Part shown: positions 43,901-57,700 of the stretch, piece after piece
Position numbering within the stretch: position 1 is the first letter of the stretch
How the letters are laid out: each line of letters opens with the position of its first letter
DNA from: Auanema rhodensis
Lineage: Eukaryota > Animalia > Nematoda
Length of the DNA stretch: 64,000 nucleotides
NCBI GenBank assembly: GCA_964057225.1
Contig: OZ059895.1
Location: 11,470,001-11,534,000 of the forward strand
Direction: 5' to 3'
The notes under the pieces: model-generated
Database searches by the model: none
The model's input: only the letters and a program-made list of their open reading frames with translations
What the model was told of the DNA's origin: nothing
Made by a program: the position numbers and the translations under genes

Positions 43901-46480
43901 TTTAATTTCTTGTATTTGGAGCTCATAAGATTTGATATCATTGAGAGATCCAGATAGAACGTGGAAAATTACGTAACTAACATGAAATTGGGAAAACATT
44001 ATAACGAGGATAAGTATGTAAATCATTGAATATCAGATATTTTCGCTTACGACCATACCACGTTGAAAGTACGCCATGCCGCTGATTTTCAATTTTAACT
44101 CTTCTGTAACAAATGTTTTCAATTTTCAAGCAGTTTTACTTAGATAGCTCAACCCAAGGCAGCAAATTATCTTCAATCTTATTTCTATCTTACAGATATA
44201 AACCAATAGTTAATGAATCATCATCTTACCCTTACCGTTTCTATCTATTTCCTATCGAAAGCAACTTTGTTCAAACACTATACAACTGTGAAACCTTTTT
44301 TAATTTCTTGTATTTGGAGCTCATAAGATTTGATATCATTGAGGGATCCAGATAGAACGTGGAAAATTACATAACTACCATGAAATTGGGAAAAAATTGT
44401 AACGAGGATAAGTATGTAAATCATTGAATATCAGATATTTTTGCTTACGACCATACCACGTTAAAAGTACGCCATGCCGCTGATTTTCAATTTTAACTCT
44501 TCTGTAACAAATGTTTTCAATTTTTAAGCAGTTTTACTCAGATAGCTCAACCCAAGGCAGCAATTTATCTTCAATATTATTTCTATCTTACAGTTATAAA
44601 CCAATAGTTAATGAATCATCATCTTGCCCTTACCGTTTCTATCTATTTCCTATCGAAACCAACTTTGTTCAAAAACTATACAACTGTGAAACCTTTTTTA
44701 ATTTCTTGTATTTGGAGCTCATAAGATTTGATATCATTGAGGGATCCAGATAGAACGTGGAAAATTACATAACTACCATGAAATTGGGAAAAAATTGTAA
44801 CGAGGATAAGTATGTAAATCATTGAATATCAGATATTTTTGCTTACGACCATACCACGTTAAAAGTACGCCATGCCGCTGATTTTCAATTTTAACTCTTC
44901 TGTAACAAATGTTTTCAATTTTTAAGCAGTTTTACTCAGATAGCTCAACCCAAGGCAGCAATTTATCTTCAATATTATTTCTATCTTACAGTTATAAACC
45001 AGTAGTGAATGAACCATCATCTTACCCTTACCGTTTCTATCTATTTCCTATCGAAACCAACTTTGTTCAAAAACTATACAACTGTGAAACCTTTTTTAAT
45101 TTCTTGTATTTGGAGCTCATAAGATTTGATATCATTGAGGGATCCAGATAGAACGTGGAAAATTACATAACTACCATGAAATTGGGAAAAAATTGTAACG
45201 AGGATAAGTATGTAAATCATTGAATATCAGATATTTTCGCTTACGACCATACCACGTTAAAAGTACGCCATGCCGCTGATTTTCAATTTTAACTCTTCTG
45301 TAACGAATGTTTTCAATTTTCAAGCAGTTTCACTTTGAAAGCTCAACCCAAGGCAGCAAATTATCTTCAATATTATTTCTATCTTACAGTTATAAACCAG
45401 TAGTGAATGAACCATCATCTTACCCTTACCGTTTCTATCTATTTCCTATCGAAACCAACTTTGTTCAAAAACTATACAACTGTGAAACCTTTTTTAATTT
45501 CTTGTATTTGGAGCTCATAAGATTTGATATCATTGAGAGATCCAGATAGAACGTGGAAAATTACGTAACTAACATGAAATTGGGAAAACATTATAACGAG
45601 GATAAGTATGTAAATCATTGAATATCAGATATTTTCGCTTACAACCATACCACGTTGAAAGTACGCCATGCCGCTGATTTTCAATTTTAACTCTTCTGTA
45701 ACAAATGTTTTCAATTTTCAAGCAGTTTTACTTAGATAGCTCAACCCAAGGCAGCAAATTATCTTCAATCTTATTTCTATCTTACAGATATAAACCAATA
45801 GTTAATGAATCATCATCTTACCCTTACCGTTTCTATCTATTTCCTATCGAAAGCAACTTTGTTCAAACACTATACAACTGTGAAACCTTTTTTAATTTCT
45901 TGTATTTGGAGCTCATAAGATTTGATATCATTGAGGGATCCAGATAGAACGTGGAAAATTACATAACTACCATGAAATTGGGAAAAAATTGTAACGAGGA
46001 TAAGTATGTAAATCATTGAATATCAGATATTTTTGCTTACGACCATACCACGTTAAAAGTACGCCATGCCGCTGATTTTCAATTTTAACTCTTCTGTAAC
46101 AAATGTTTTCAATTTTTAAGCAGTTTTACTCAGATAGCTCAACCCAAGGCAGCAATTTATCTTCAATATTATTTCTATCTTACAGTTATAAACCAATAGT
46201 TAATGAATCATCATCTTGCCCTTACCGTTTCTATCTATTTCCTATCGAAACCAACTTTGTTCAAAAACTATACAACTGTGAAACCTTTTTTAATTTCTTG
46301 TATTTGGAGCTCATAAGATTTGATATCATTGAGGGATCCAGATAGAACGTGGAAAATTACATAACTACCATGAAATTGGGAAAAAATTGTAACGAGGATA
46401 AGTATGTAAATCATTGAATATCAGATATTTTTGCTTACGACCATACCACGTTAAAAGTACGCCATGCCGCTGATTTTCAA
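40909..46480. repeat. Local higher-order repeat: 3-mer (1194 bp) switching to 4-mer (1592 bp)
   Basis: The TTTCACTTTGAAAG-marked monomer occurs at 40929, 42123, 43715, 45307 and the TACAGATATA-marked monomer at 41327, 42521, 44113, 45705 (spacings 1194, 1592, 1592). Confidence 0.95.
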
Positions 46481-48470
46481 TTTTAACTCTTCTGTAACAA
46501 ATGTTTTCAATTTTTAAGCAGTTTTACTCAGATAGCTCAACCCAAGGCAGCAATTTATCTTCAATATTATTTCTATCTTACAGTTATAAACCAATAGTTT
46601 ATGAATCATCATCTTACCCTTACCGTTTCTATCTATTTCCTATTGAAACCAACTTTGTTCAAACACTATACAACTGTGAAACCTTATTTAATTTCTTGTA
46701 TTTGGAGCTCATAAGATTTGATATCATTGAGGGATCCAGATAGAACGTGGAAAATTACATAACTACCATGAAATTGGGAAAAAATTGTAACGAGGATAAG
46801 TATGTAAATCATTGAATATCAGATATTTTTGCTTACGACCATACCACGTTAAAAGTACGCCATGCCGCTGATTTTCAATTTTAACTCTTCTGTAACAAAT
46901 GTTTTCAATTTTTAAGCAGTTTTACTCAGATAGCTCAACCCAAGGCAGCAATTTATCTTCAATATTATTTCTATCTTACAGTTATAAACCAATAGTTAAT
47001 GAATCATCATCTTGCCCTTACCGTTTCTATCTATTTCCTATCGAAACCAACTTTGTTCAAAAACTATACAACTGTGAAACCTTTTTTAATTTCTTGTATT
47101 TGGAGCTCATAAGATTTGATATCATTGAGGGATCCAGATAGAACGTGGAAAATTACATAACTACCATGAAATTGGGAAAAAATTGTAACGAGGATAAGTA
47201 TGTAAATCATTGAATATCAGATATTTTCGCTTACGACCATACCACGTTAAAAGTACGCCATGCCGCTGATTTTCAATTTTAACTCTTCTGTAACGAATGT
47301 TTTCAATTTTCAAGCAGTTTTACTTAGAAAGCTCAACCCAAGGCAGCAAATTATCTTCAATATTATTTCTATCTTACAGTTATAAACCAGTAGTGAATGA
47401 ACCATCATCTTACCCTTACCGTTTCTATCTATTTCCTATCGAAACCAACTTTGTTCAAAAACTATACAACTGTGAAACCTTTTTTAATTTCTTGTATTTG
47501 GAGCTCATAAGATTTGATATCATTGAGAGATCCAGATAGAACGTGGAAAATTACGTAACTAACATGAAATTGGGAAAAAATTATAACGAGGATAAGTATG
47601 TAAATCATTGAATATCAGATATTTTCGCTTACGACCATACCACGTTAAAAGTACGCCATGCCGCTGATTTTCAATTTTAACTCTTCTGTAACAAATGTTT
47701 TCAATTTTCAAGCAGTTTTACTCAGATAGCTCAACCCAAGGCAGCAATTTATCTTCAATATTATTTCTATCTTACAGTTATAAACCAAAAGTTAATGAAT
47801 CATCATCTTGCCCTTACCGTTTCTATCTATTTCCTATCGAAACCAACTTTGTTCAAAAACTATACAACTGTGAAACCTTTTTTAATTTCTTGTATTTGGA
47901 GCTCATAAGATTTGATATCATTGAGGGATCCAGATAAAACGTGGAAAATTACGTAACTAACATGAAATTGGGAAAAAATTATAACGAGGATAAGTATGTA
48001 AATCATTGAATATCAGATATTTTCGCTTACGACCATACCACGTTGAAAGTACGCCATGCCGCTGATTTTCAATTTTAACTCTTCTGTAACAAATGTTTTC
48101 AATTTTCAAGCAGTTTTACTTAGATAGCTCAACCCAAGGCAGCAATTTATCTTCAATATTATTTCTATCTTACAGTTATAAACCAATAGTTAATGAATCA
48201 TCATCTTACCCTTACCGTTTCTATCTATTTCCTATGGAAACCAACTTTGTTCAAAAACTATACAACTGTGAAACCTTTTTTAATTTCTTGTATTTGGAGC
48301 TCATAAGATTTGATATCATTGAGGGATCCAGATAGAACGTGGAAAATTACATAACTACCATGAAATTGGGAAAAAATTGTAACGAGGATAAGTATGTAAA
48401 TCATTGAATATCAGATATTTTCGCTTAGGACCATACCACGTTGAAAGTACGCCATGCCGCTGATTTTCAA

Positions 48471-51350
48471 TTTTAACTTTTTTGTAACAAATGTTTTCAA
48501 TTTTTAAGCAGTTTTACTTAGATAGCTCAACCCAAGGCAGCAAATTATCTTCAATCTTTTTTCTATCTTACAGTTATAAACCAGTAGTGAATGAACCATC
48601 ATCTTACCCGTACCGTTTCTATCTATTTCCTATCGAAAGCAACTTTGTTCAAAAACTATACAACTGTGAAACCTTCTTTAATTTCTTGTATTTGGAGCTC
48701 ATAAGCTTTGATATCATTGAGGAATCCAGATAGAACGTGGAAAATTACGTAACTAACATGAAATTGGAAGAAACTATAACGAGGATAAGTATGTGAAACA
48801 TTGAATATCAGATATTTTCGCTTAGGACCATACCACGTTGAAAGTACGCCATGCCGCTGATTTTCAATTTTAACTCTTTTGTAACGAATGTTTTCAATTT
48901 TTAAGCAGTTTTACTTAGATAGCTCAACCCAAGGCAGCAAATTATCTTCAATCTTTTTTCTATCTTACAGTTATAAACCAGTAGTGAATGAACCATCATC
49001 TTACCCGTACCGTTTCTATCTATTTCCTATCGAAAGCAACTTTGTTCAAAAACTATACAACTGTGAAACCTTCTTTAATTTCTTGTATTTGGAGCTCATA
49101 AGCTTTGATATCATTGAGGAATCCAGATAGAACGTGGAAAATTACGTAACTAACATGAAATTGGAAGAAACTATAACGAGGATAAGTATGTGAAACATTG
49201 AATATCAGATATTTTCGCTTAGGACCATACCACGTTGAAAGTACGCCATGCCGCTGATTTTCAATTTTAACTCTTTTGTAACAAATGTTTTCAATTTTTA
49301 AGCAGTTTTACTCAGATAGCTCAACCCAAGGCAGCAAATTATCTTCAATATTATTTCTATCTTACAGTTATAAACCAATAGTTAATGAACCATCATCTTA
49401 CCTTTACTGTTTCTATCTGTTTCCTATCGAAAGCAACTTTGTTCAAACACTATACAACTGTGAAACCTTTTTTAATTTCTTGTATTTGGAGCTCATAAGA
49501 TTTGATATCATTGAGAAATCCAGATAGAACGTGGAAAATTACATAACTACCATGAAATTGGGAAAAAATTGTAACGAGGATAAGTATGTAAATCATTGAA
49601 TATCAGATATTTTCGCTTAGGACCATACCACGTTGAAAGTACGCCATGCCGCTGATTTTCAATTTTAACTCTTTTGTAACAAATGTTTTCAATTTTTAAG
49701 CAGTTTTACTTAGATAGCTCAACCCAAGGCAGCAAATTATCTTCAATATTATTTCTATCTTACAGTTATAAACCAGTAGTGAATGAACCATCATCTTACC
49801 CTTACCGTTTCTATCTATTTCCTATCGAAACCAACTTTGTTCAAAAACTATACAACTGTGAAACCTTTTTTAATTTCTTGTATTTGGAGCTCATAAGATT
49901 TGATATCATTGAGGGATCCAGATAGAACGTGGAAAATTACATAACTACCATGAAATTGGGAAAAAATTGTAACGAGGATAAGTATGTAAATCATTGAATA
50001 TCAGATATTTTCGCTTAGGACCATACCACGTTGAAAGTACGCCATGCCGCTGATTTTCAATTTTAACTCTTTTGTAACAAATGTTTTCAATTTTTAAGCA
50101 GTTTTACTTAGATAGCTCAACCCAAGGCAGCAAATTATCTTCAATCTTTTTTCTATCTTACAGTTATAAACCAGTAGTGAATGAACCATCATCTTACCCG
50201 TACCGTTTCTATCTATTTCCTATCGAAAGCAACTTTGTTCAAAAACTATACAACTGTGAAACCTTCTTTAATTTCTTGTATTTGGAGCTCATAAGCTTTG
50301 ATATCATTGAGGAATCCAGATAGAACGTGGAAAATTACGTAACTAACATGAAATTGGAAGAAACTATAACGAGGATAAGTATGTGAAACATTGAATATCA
50401 GATATTTTCGCTTAGGACCATACCACGTTGAAAGTACGCCATGCCGCTGATTTTCAATTTTAACACTTTTGTAACGAATGTTTTCAATTTTTAAGCAGTT
50501 TTACTTAGATAGCTCAACCCAAGGCAGCAAATTATCTTCAATCTTTTTTCTATCTTACAGTTATAAACCAGTAGTGAATGAACCATCATCTTACCCGTAC
50601 CGTTTCTATCTATTTCCTATCGAAAGCAACTTTGTTCAAAAACTATACAACTGTGAAACCTTTTTTAATTTCTTGTATTTGGAGCTCATAAGATTTGATA
50701 TCATTGAGAAATCCAGATAGAACGTGGAAAATTACGTAACTAACATGAAATTGGAAGAAACTATAACGAGGATAAGTATGTGAAACATTGAATATCAGAT
50801 ATTTTCGCTTAGGACCATACCACGTTGAAAGTACGCCATGCCGCTGATTTTCAATTTTAACTCTTTTGTAACAAATGTTTTCAATTTTTAAGCAGTTTTA
50901 CTCAGATAGCTCAACCCAAGGCAGCAAATTATCTTCAATATTATTTCTATCTTACAGTTATAAACCAATAGTTAATGAACCATCATCTTACCTTTACTGT
51001 TTCTATCTATTTCCTATCGAAAGCAACTTTGTTCAAACACTATACAACTGTGAAACCTTTTTTAATTTCTTGTATTTGGAGCTCATAAGATTTGATATCA
51101 TTGAGAAATCCAGATAGAACGTGGAAAATTACATAACTACCATGAAATTGGGAAAAAATTGTAACGAGGATAAGTATGTAAATCATTGAATATCAGATAT
51201 TTTCGCTTAGGACCATACCACGTTGAAAGTACGCCATGCCGCTGATTTTCAATTTTAACTCTTTTGTAACAAATGTTTTCAATTTTTAAGCAGTTTTACT
51301 TAGATAGCTCAACCCAAGGCAGCAAATTATCTTCAATATTATTTCTATCT
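48471..51350. repeat. 4-mer higher-order duplication, 1590-bp offset
   Basis: 48491/48888/49285 match 50081/50478/50875 (two 397-bp units followed by a GAGAAATCC unit). Confidence 0.85.
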
Positions 51351-52446
51351 TACAGTTATAAACCAATAGTTAATGAATCATCATCTTACCCCTACCGTTT
51401 CTATCTATTTCCTATCGAAAGCAACTTTGTTCAAACACTATACAACTGTGAAACCTTTTTTAATTTCTTGTATTTGGAGCTCATAAGATTTGATATCATT
51501 GAGGGATCCAGATAGAACGTGGAAAATTACATAACTACCATGAAATTGGGAAAAAATTGTAACGAGGATAAGTATGTAAATCATTGAATATCAGATATTT
51601 TTGCTTACGACCATACCACGTTAAAAGTACGCCATGCCGCTGATTTTCAATTTTAACTCTTCTGTAACGAATGTTTTCAATTTTCAAGCAGTTTTACTTA
51701 GAAAGCTCAACCCAAGGCAGCAAATTATCTTCAATATTATTTCTATCTTACAGTTATAAACCAGTAGTGAATGAACCATCATCTTACCCTTACCGTTTCT
51801 ATCTATTTCCTATCGAAACCAACTTTGTTCAAAAACTATACAACTGTGAAACCTTTTTTAATTTCTTGTATTTGGAGCTCATAAGATTTGATATCATTGA
51901 GGGATCCAGATAGAACGTGGAAAATTACATAACTACCATGAAATTGGGAAAAAATTGTAACGAGGATAAGTATGTAAATCATTGAATATCAGATATTTTC
52001 GCTTACGACCATACCACGTTAAAAGTACGCCATGCCGCTGATTTTCAATTTTAACTCTTCTGTAACGAATGTTTTCAATTTTCAAGCAGTTTTACATAGA
52101 AAGCTCAACCCAAGGCAGCAAATTATCTTCAATATTATTTCTATCTTACAGTTATAAACCAGTAGTGAATGAACCATCATCTTACCCTTACCGTTTCTAT
52201 CTATTTCCTATCGAAACCAACTTTGTTCAAAAACTATACAACTGTGAAACCTTTTTTAATTTCTTGTATTTGGAGCTCATAAGATTTGATATCATTGAGG
52301 GATCCAGATAGAACGTGGAAAATTACATAACTACCATGAAATTGGGAAAAAATTGTAACGAGGATAAGTATGTAAATCATTGAATATCAGATATTTTCGC
52401 TTAGGACCATACCACGTTGAAAGTACGCCATGCCGCTGATTTTCAA

Positions 52447-55400
52447 TTTTAACTCTTTTGTAACAAATGTTTTCAATTTTCAAGCAGTTTTACTCAGATA
52501 GCTTAACCCAAGGCAGCAAATTATCTTCAATATTATTTCTATCTTACAGTTATAAACCAATAGTTAATGAACCATCATCTTACCCTTACCGTTTCTATCT
52601 ATTTCCTATCGAAACCAACTTTGTTCAAAAACTATACAACTGTGAAACCTTTTTTAATTTCTTGTATTTGGAGCTCATAAGATTTGATATCATTGAGGGA
52701 TCCAGATAGAACGTGGAAAATTACATAACTACCATGAAATTGGGAAAAAATTGTAACGAGGATAAGTATGTAAATCATTGAATATCAGATATTTTCGCTT
52801 AGGACCATACCACGTTGAAAGTACGCCATGCCGCTGATTTTCAATTTTAACTCTTTTGTAACAAATGTTTTCAATTTTTAAGCAGTTTTACTTAGATAGC
52901 TTAACCCAAGGCAGCAAATTATCTTCAATATTATTTCTATCTTACAGTTATAAACCAATAGTTAATGAACCATCATCTTACCCTTACCGTTTCTATCTAT
53001 TTCCTATCGAAACCAACTTTGTTCCAAAACTATACAACTGTGAAACCTTTTTTAATTTCTTGTATTTGGAGCTCATAAGATTTGATATCATTGAGGGATC
53101 CAGATAGAACGTGGAAAATTACATAACTACCATGAAATTGGGAAAAAATTGTAACGAGGATAAGTATGTAAATCATTGAATATCAGATATTTTCGCTTAG
53201 GACCATACCACGTTGAAAGTACGCCATGCCGCTGATTTTCAATTTTAACTCTTTTGTAACAAATGTTTTCAATTTTTAAGCAGTTTTACTTAGATAGCTC
53301 AACCCAAGGCAGCAATTTATCTTCAATATTATTTCTATCTTACAGTTATAAACCAATAGTTAATGAACCATCATCTTACCTTTACTGTTTCTATCTATTT
53401 CCTATCGAAAGCAACTTTGTTCAAACACTATACAACTGTGAAACCTTTTTTAATTTCTTGTATTTGGAGCTCATAAGATTTGATATCATTGAGAAATCCA
53501 GATAGAACGTGGAAAATTACATAACTACCATGAAATTGGGAAAAAATTGTAACGAGGATAAGTATGTAAATCATTGAATATCAGATATTTTCGCTTAGGA
53601 CCATACCACGTTGAATGTACGCCATGCCGCTGATTTTCAATTTTAACTCTTTTGTAACAAATGTTTTCAATTTTTAAGCAGTTTTACTTAGATAGCTCAT
53701 TCCAAGGAAGCAAATTATCTTCAATCTTTTTTCTATCTTACAGTTATAAACCAGTAGTGAATGAACCATCATCTAACCCGTACCGTTTCTATCTATTTCC
53801 TATCGAAAGCAACTTTGTTCAAAAACTATACAACTGTGAAACCTTTTTTAATTTCTTGTATTTGGAGCTCATAAGCTTTGATATCATTGAGGAATCCAGA
53901 TAGAACGTGGAAAATTACGTAACTAACATGAAATTGGAAGAAACTATAACGAGGATAAGTATGTGAAACATTGAATATCAGATATTTTCGCTTAGGACCA
54001 TACCACGTTGAAAGTACGCCATGCCGCTGATTTTCAATTTTAACTCTTTTGTAACAAATGTTTTCAATTTTTAAGCAGTTTTACTCAGATAGCTCAACCC
54101 AAGGCAGCAAATTATCTTCAATATTATTTCTATCTTACAGTTATAAACCAATAGTTAATGAACCATCATCTTACCTTTACTGTTTCTATCTATTTCCTAT
54201 CGAAAGCAACTTTGTTCAAACACTACACAACTGTGAAACCTTTTTTAATTTCTTGTATTTGGAGCTCATAAGATTTGATATCATTGAGAAATCCAGATAG
54301 AACGTGGAAAATTACATAACTACCATGAAATTGGGAAAAAATTGTAACGAGGATAAGTATGTAAATCATTGAATATCAGATATTTTTGCTTAGGACCATA
54401 CCACGTTGAAAGTACGCCATGCCGCTGATTTTCAATTTTAACTCTTTTGTAACAAATGTTTTCAATTTTTAAGCAGTTTTACTTAGATAGCTCAACCCAA
54501 GGCAGCAAATTATCTTCAATCTTTTTTCTATCTTACAGTTATAAACCAGTAGTGAATGAACCATCATCTTACCCGTACCGTTTCTATCTATTTCCTATCG
54601 AAAGCAACTTTGTTCAAAAACTATACAACTGTGAAATCTTTTTTAATTTCTTGTATTTGGAGTTCATAAGATTTGATATCATTGAGGAATCCAGATAGAA
54701 CGTGGAAAATTACGTAACTAACATGAAATTGGAAGAAACTATAACGAGGATAAGTATGTGAAACATTGAATATCAGATATTTTCGCTTACGACCATACCA
54801 CGTTAAAAGTACGCCATGCCGCTGATTTTCAATTTTAACTCTTTTGTAACAAATGTTTTCAATTTTCAAGCAGTTTTACTTAGATAGCTCAACCCAAGGC
54901 AGCAATTTATCTTCAATATTATTTCTATCTTACAGTTATAAACCAATAGTTAATGAATCATCATCTTGCCCTTACCGTTTCTATCTATTTCCTATCGAAA
55001 CCAACTTTGTTCAAAAACTATATAACTGTGAAACCTTTTTTAATTTCTTGTATTTGGAGCTCATAAGATTTGATATCATTGAGGGATCCAGATAGAACGT
55101 GGAAAATTACATAACTACCATGAAATTGGGAAAAAATTGTAACGAGGATAAGTATGTAAATCATTGAATATCAGATATTTTCGCTTACGACCATACCACG
55201 TTAAAAGTACGCCATGCCGCTGATTTTCAATTTTAACTCTTTTGTAACAAATGTTTTCAATTTTTAAGCAGTTTTACTCAGATAGCTCAACCCAAGGCAG
55301 CAAATTATCTTCAATATTATTTCTATCTTACAGTTATAAACCAATAGTTAATGAACCATCATCTTACCTTTACTGTTTCTATCTATTTCCTATCGAAAGC

Positions 55401-57700
55401 AACTTTGTTCAAACACTATACAACTGTGAAACCTTTTTTAATTTCTTGTATTTGGAGCTCATAAGATTTGATATCATTGAGGGATCCAGATAGAACGTGG
55501 AAAATTTCATAACTACCATGAAATTGGGAAAAAATTGTAACGAGGATAAGTATGTAAATCATTGAATATCAGATATTTTCGCTTAGGACCATACCACGTT
55601 GAAAGTACGCCATGCCACTGATTTTCAATTTTAACTCTTTTGTAACAAATGTTTTCAATTTTTAAGCAGTTTTACTCAGATAGCTTAACCCAAGGCAGCA
55701 AATTATCTTCAATATTATTTCTATCTTACAGTTATAAACCAATAGTTAATGAACCATCATCTTACCCTTACCGTTTCTATCTATTTCCTATCGAAACCAA
55801 CTTTGTTCAAAAACTATACAACTGTGAAACCTTTTTTAATTTCTTGTATTTGGAGCTCATAAGATTTGATATCATTGAGGGATCCAGATAGAACGTGGAA
55901 AATTACATAACTACCATGAAATTGGGAAAAAATTGTAACGAGGATAAGTATGTAAATCATTGAATATCAGATATTTTCGCTTAGGACCATACCACGTTGA
56001 AAGTACGCCATGCCGCTGATTTTCAATTTTAACTCTTTTGTAACAAATGTTTTCAATTTTTAAGCAGTTTTACTTAGATAGCTTAACCCAAGGCAGCAAA
56101 TTATCTTCAATATTATTTCTATCTTACAGTTATAAACCAATAGTTAATGAACCATCATCTTACCCTTACCGTTTCTATCTATTTCCTATCGAAACCAACT
56201 TTGTTCAAAAACTATACAACTGTGAAACCTTTTTTAATTTCTTGTATTTGGAGCTCATAAGATTTGATATCATGGAGGGATCCAGATAGAACGTGGAAAA
56301 TTACATAACTACCATGAAATTGGGAAAAAATTGTAACGAGGATAAGTATGTAAATCATTGAATATCAGATATTTTCGCTTAGGACCATACCACGTTGAAA
56401 GTACGCCATGCCGCTGATTTTCAATTTTAACTCTTTTGTAACAAATGTTTTCAATTTTTAAGCAGTTTTACTTAGATAGCTCAACCCAAGGCAGCAATTT
56501 ATCTTCAATATTATTTCTATCTTACAGTTATAAACCAATAGTTAATGAACCATCATCTTACCTTTACTGTTTCTATCTATTTCCTATCGAAAGCAACTTT
56601 GTTCAAACACTATACAACTGTGAAACCTTTTTTAATTTCTTGTATTTGGAGCTCATAAGATTTGATATCATTGAGAAATCCAGATAGAACGTGGAAAATT
56701 ACATAACTACCATGAAATTGGGAAAAAATTGTAACGAGGATAAGTATGTAAATCATTGAATATCAGATATTTTCGCTTAGGACCATACCACGTTGAAAGT
56801 ACGCCATGCCGCTGATTTTCAATTTTAACTCTTTTGTAACAAATGTTTTCAATTTTTAAGCAGTTTTACTTAGATAGCTCATTCCAAGGCAGCAAATTAT
56901 CTTCAATCTTTTTTCTATCTTACAGTTATAAACCAGTAGTGAATGAACCATCATCTTACCCGTACCGTTTCTATCTATTTCCTATCGAAAGCAACTTTGT
57001 TCAAAAACTATACAACTGTGAAACCTTTTTTAATTTCTTGTATTTGGAGCTCATAAGCTTTGATATCATTGAGGAATCCAGATAGAACGTGGAAAATTAC
57101 GTAACTAACATGAAATTGGAAGAAACTATAACGAGGATAAGTATCTGAAACATTGAATATCAGATATTTTCGCTTAGGACCATACCACGTTGAAAGTACG
57201 CCATGCCGCTGATTTTCAATTTTAACTCTTTTGTAACAAATGTTTTCAATTTTTAAGCAGTTTTACTCAGATAGCTCAACCCAAGGCAGCAAATTATCTT
57301 CAATATTATTTCTATCTTACAGTTATAAACCAATAGTTAATGAACCATCATCTTACCTTTACTGTTTCTATCTATTTCCTATCGAAAGCAACTTTGTTCA
57401 AACACTACACAACTGTGAAACCTTTTTTAATTTCTTGTATTTGGAGCTCATAAGATTTGATATCATTGAGAAATCCAGATAGAACGTGGAAAATTACATA
57501 ACTACCATGAAATTGGGAAAAAATTGTAACGAGGATAAGTATGTAAATCATTGAATATCAGATATTTTTGCTTAGGACCATACCACGTTGAAAGTACGCC
57601 ATGCCGCTGATTTTCAATTTTAACTCTTTTGTAACAAATGTTTTCAATTTTTAAGCAGTTTTACTTAGATAGCTCAACCCAAGGCAGCAAATTATCTTCA
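52447..57700. repeat. 8-mer higher-order duplication, 3182-bp offset
   Basis: 52467/52865/53263/53661/54058 match 55649/56047/56445/56843/57240. The GCTCATTCCAAG marker is found only in the 53661 and 56843 monomers. Confidence 0.9.
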
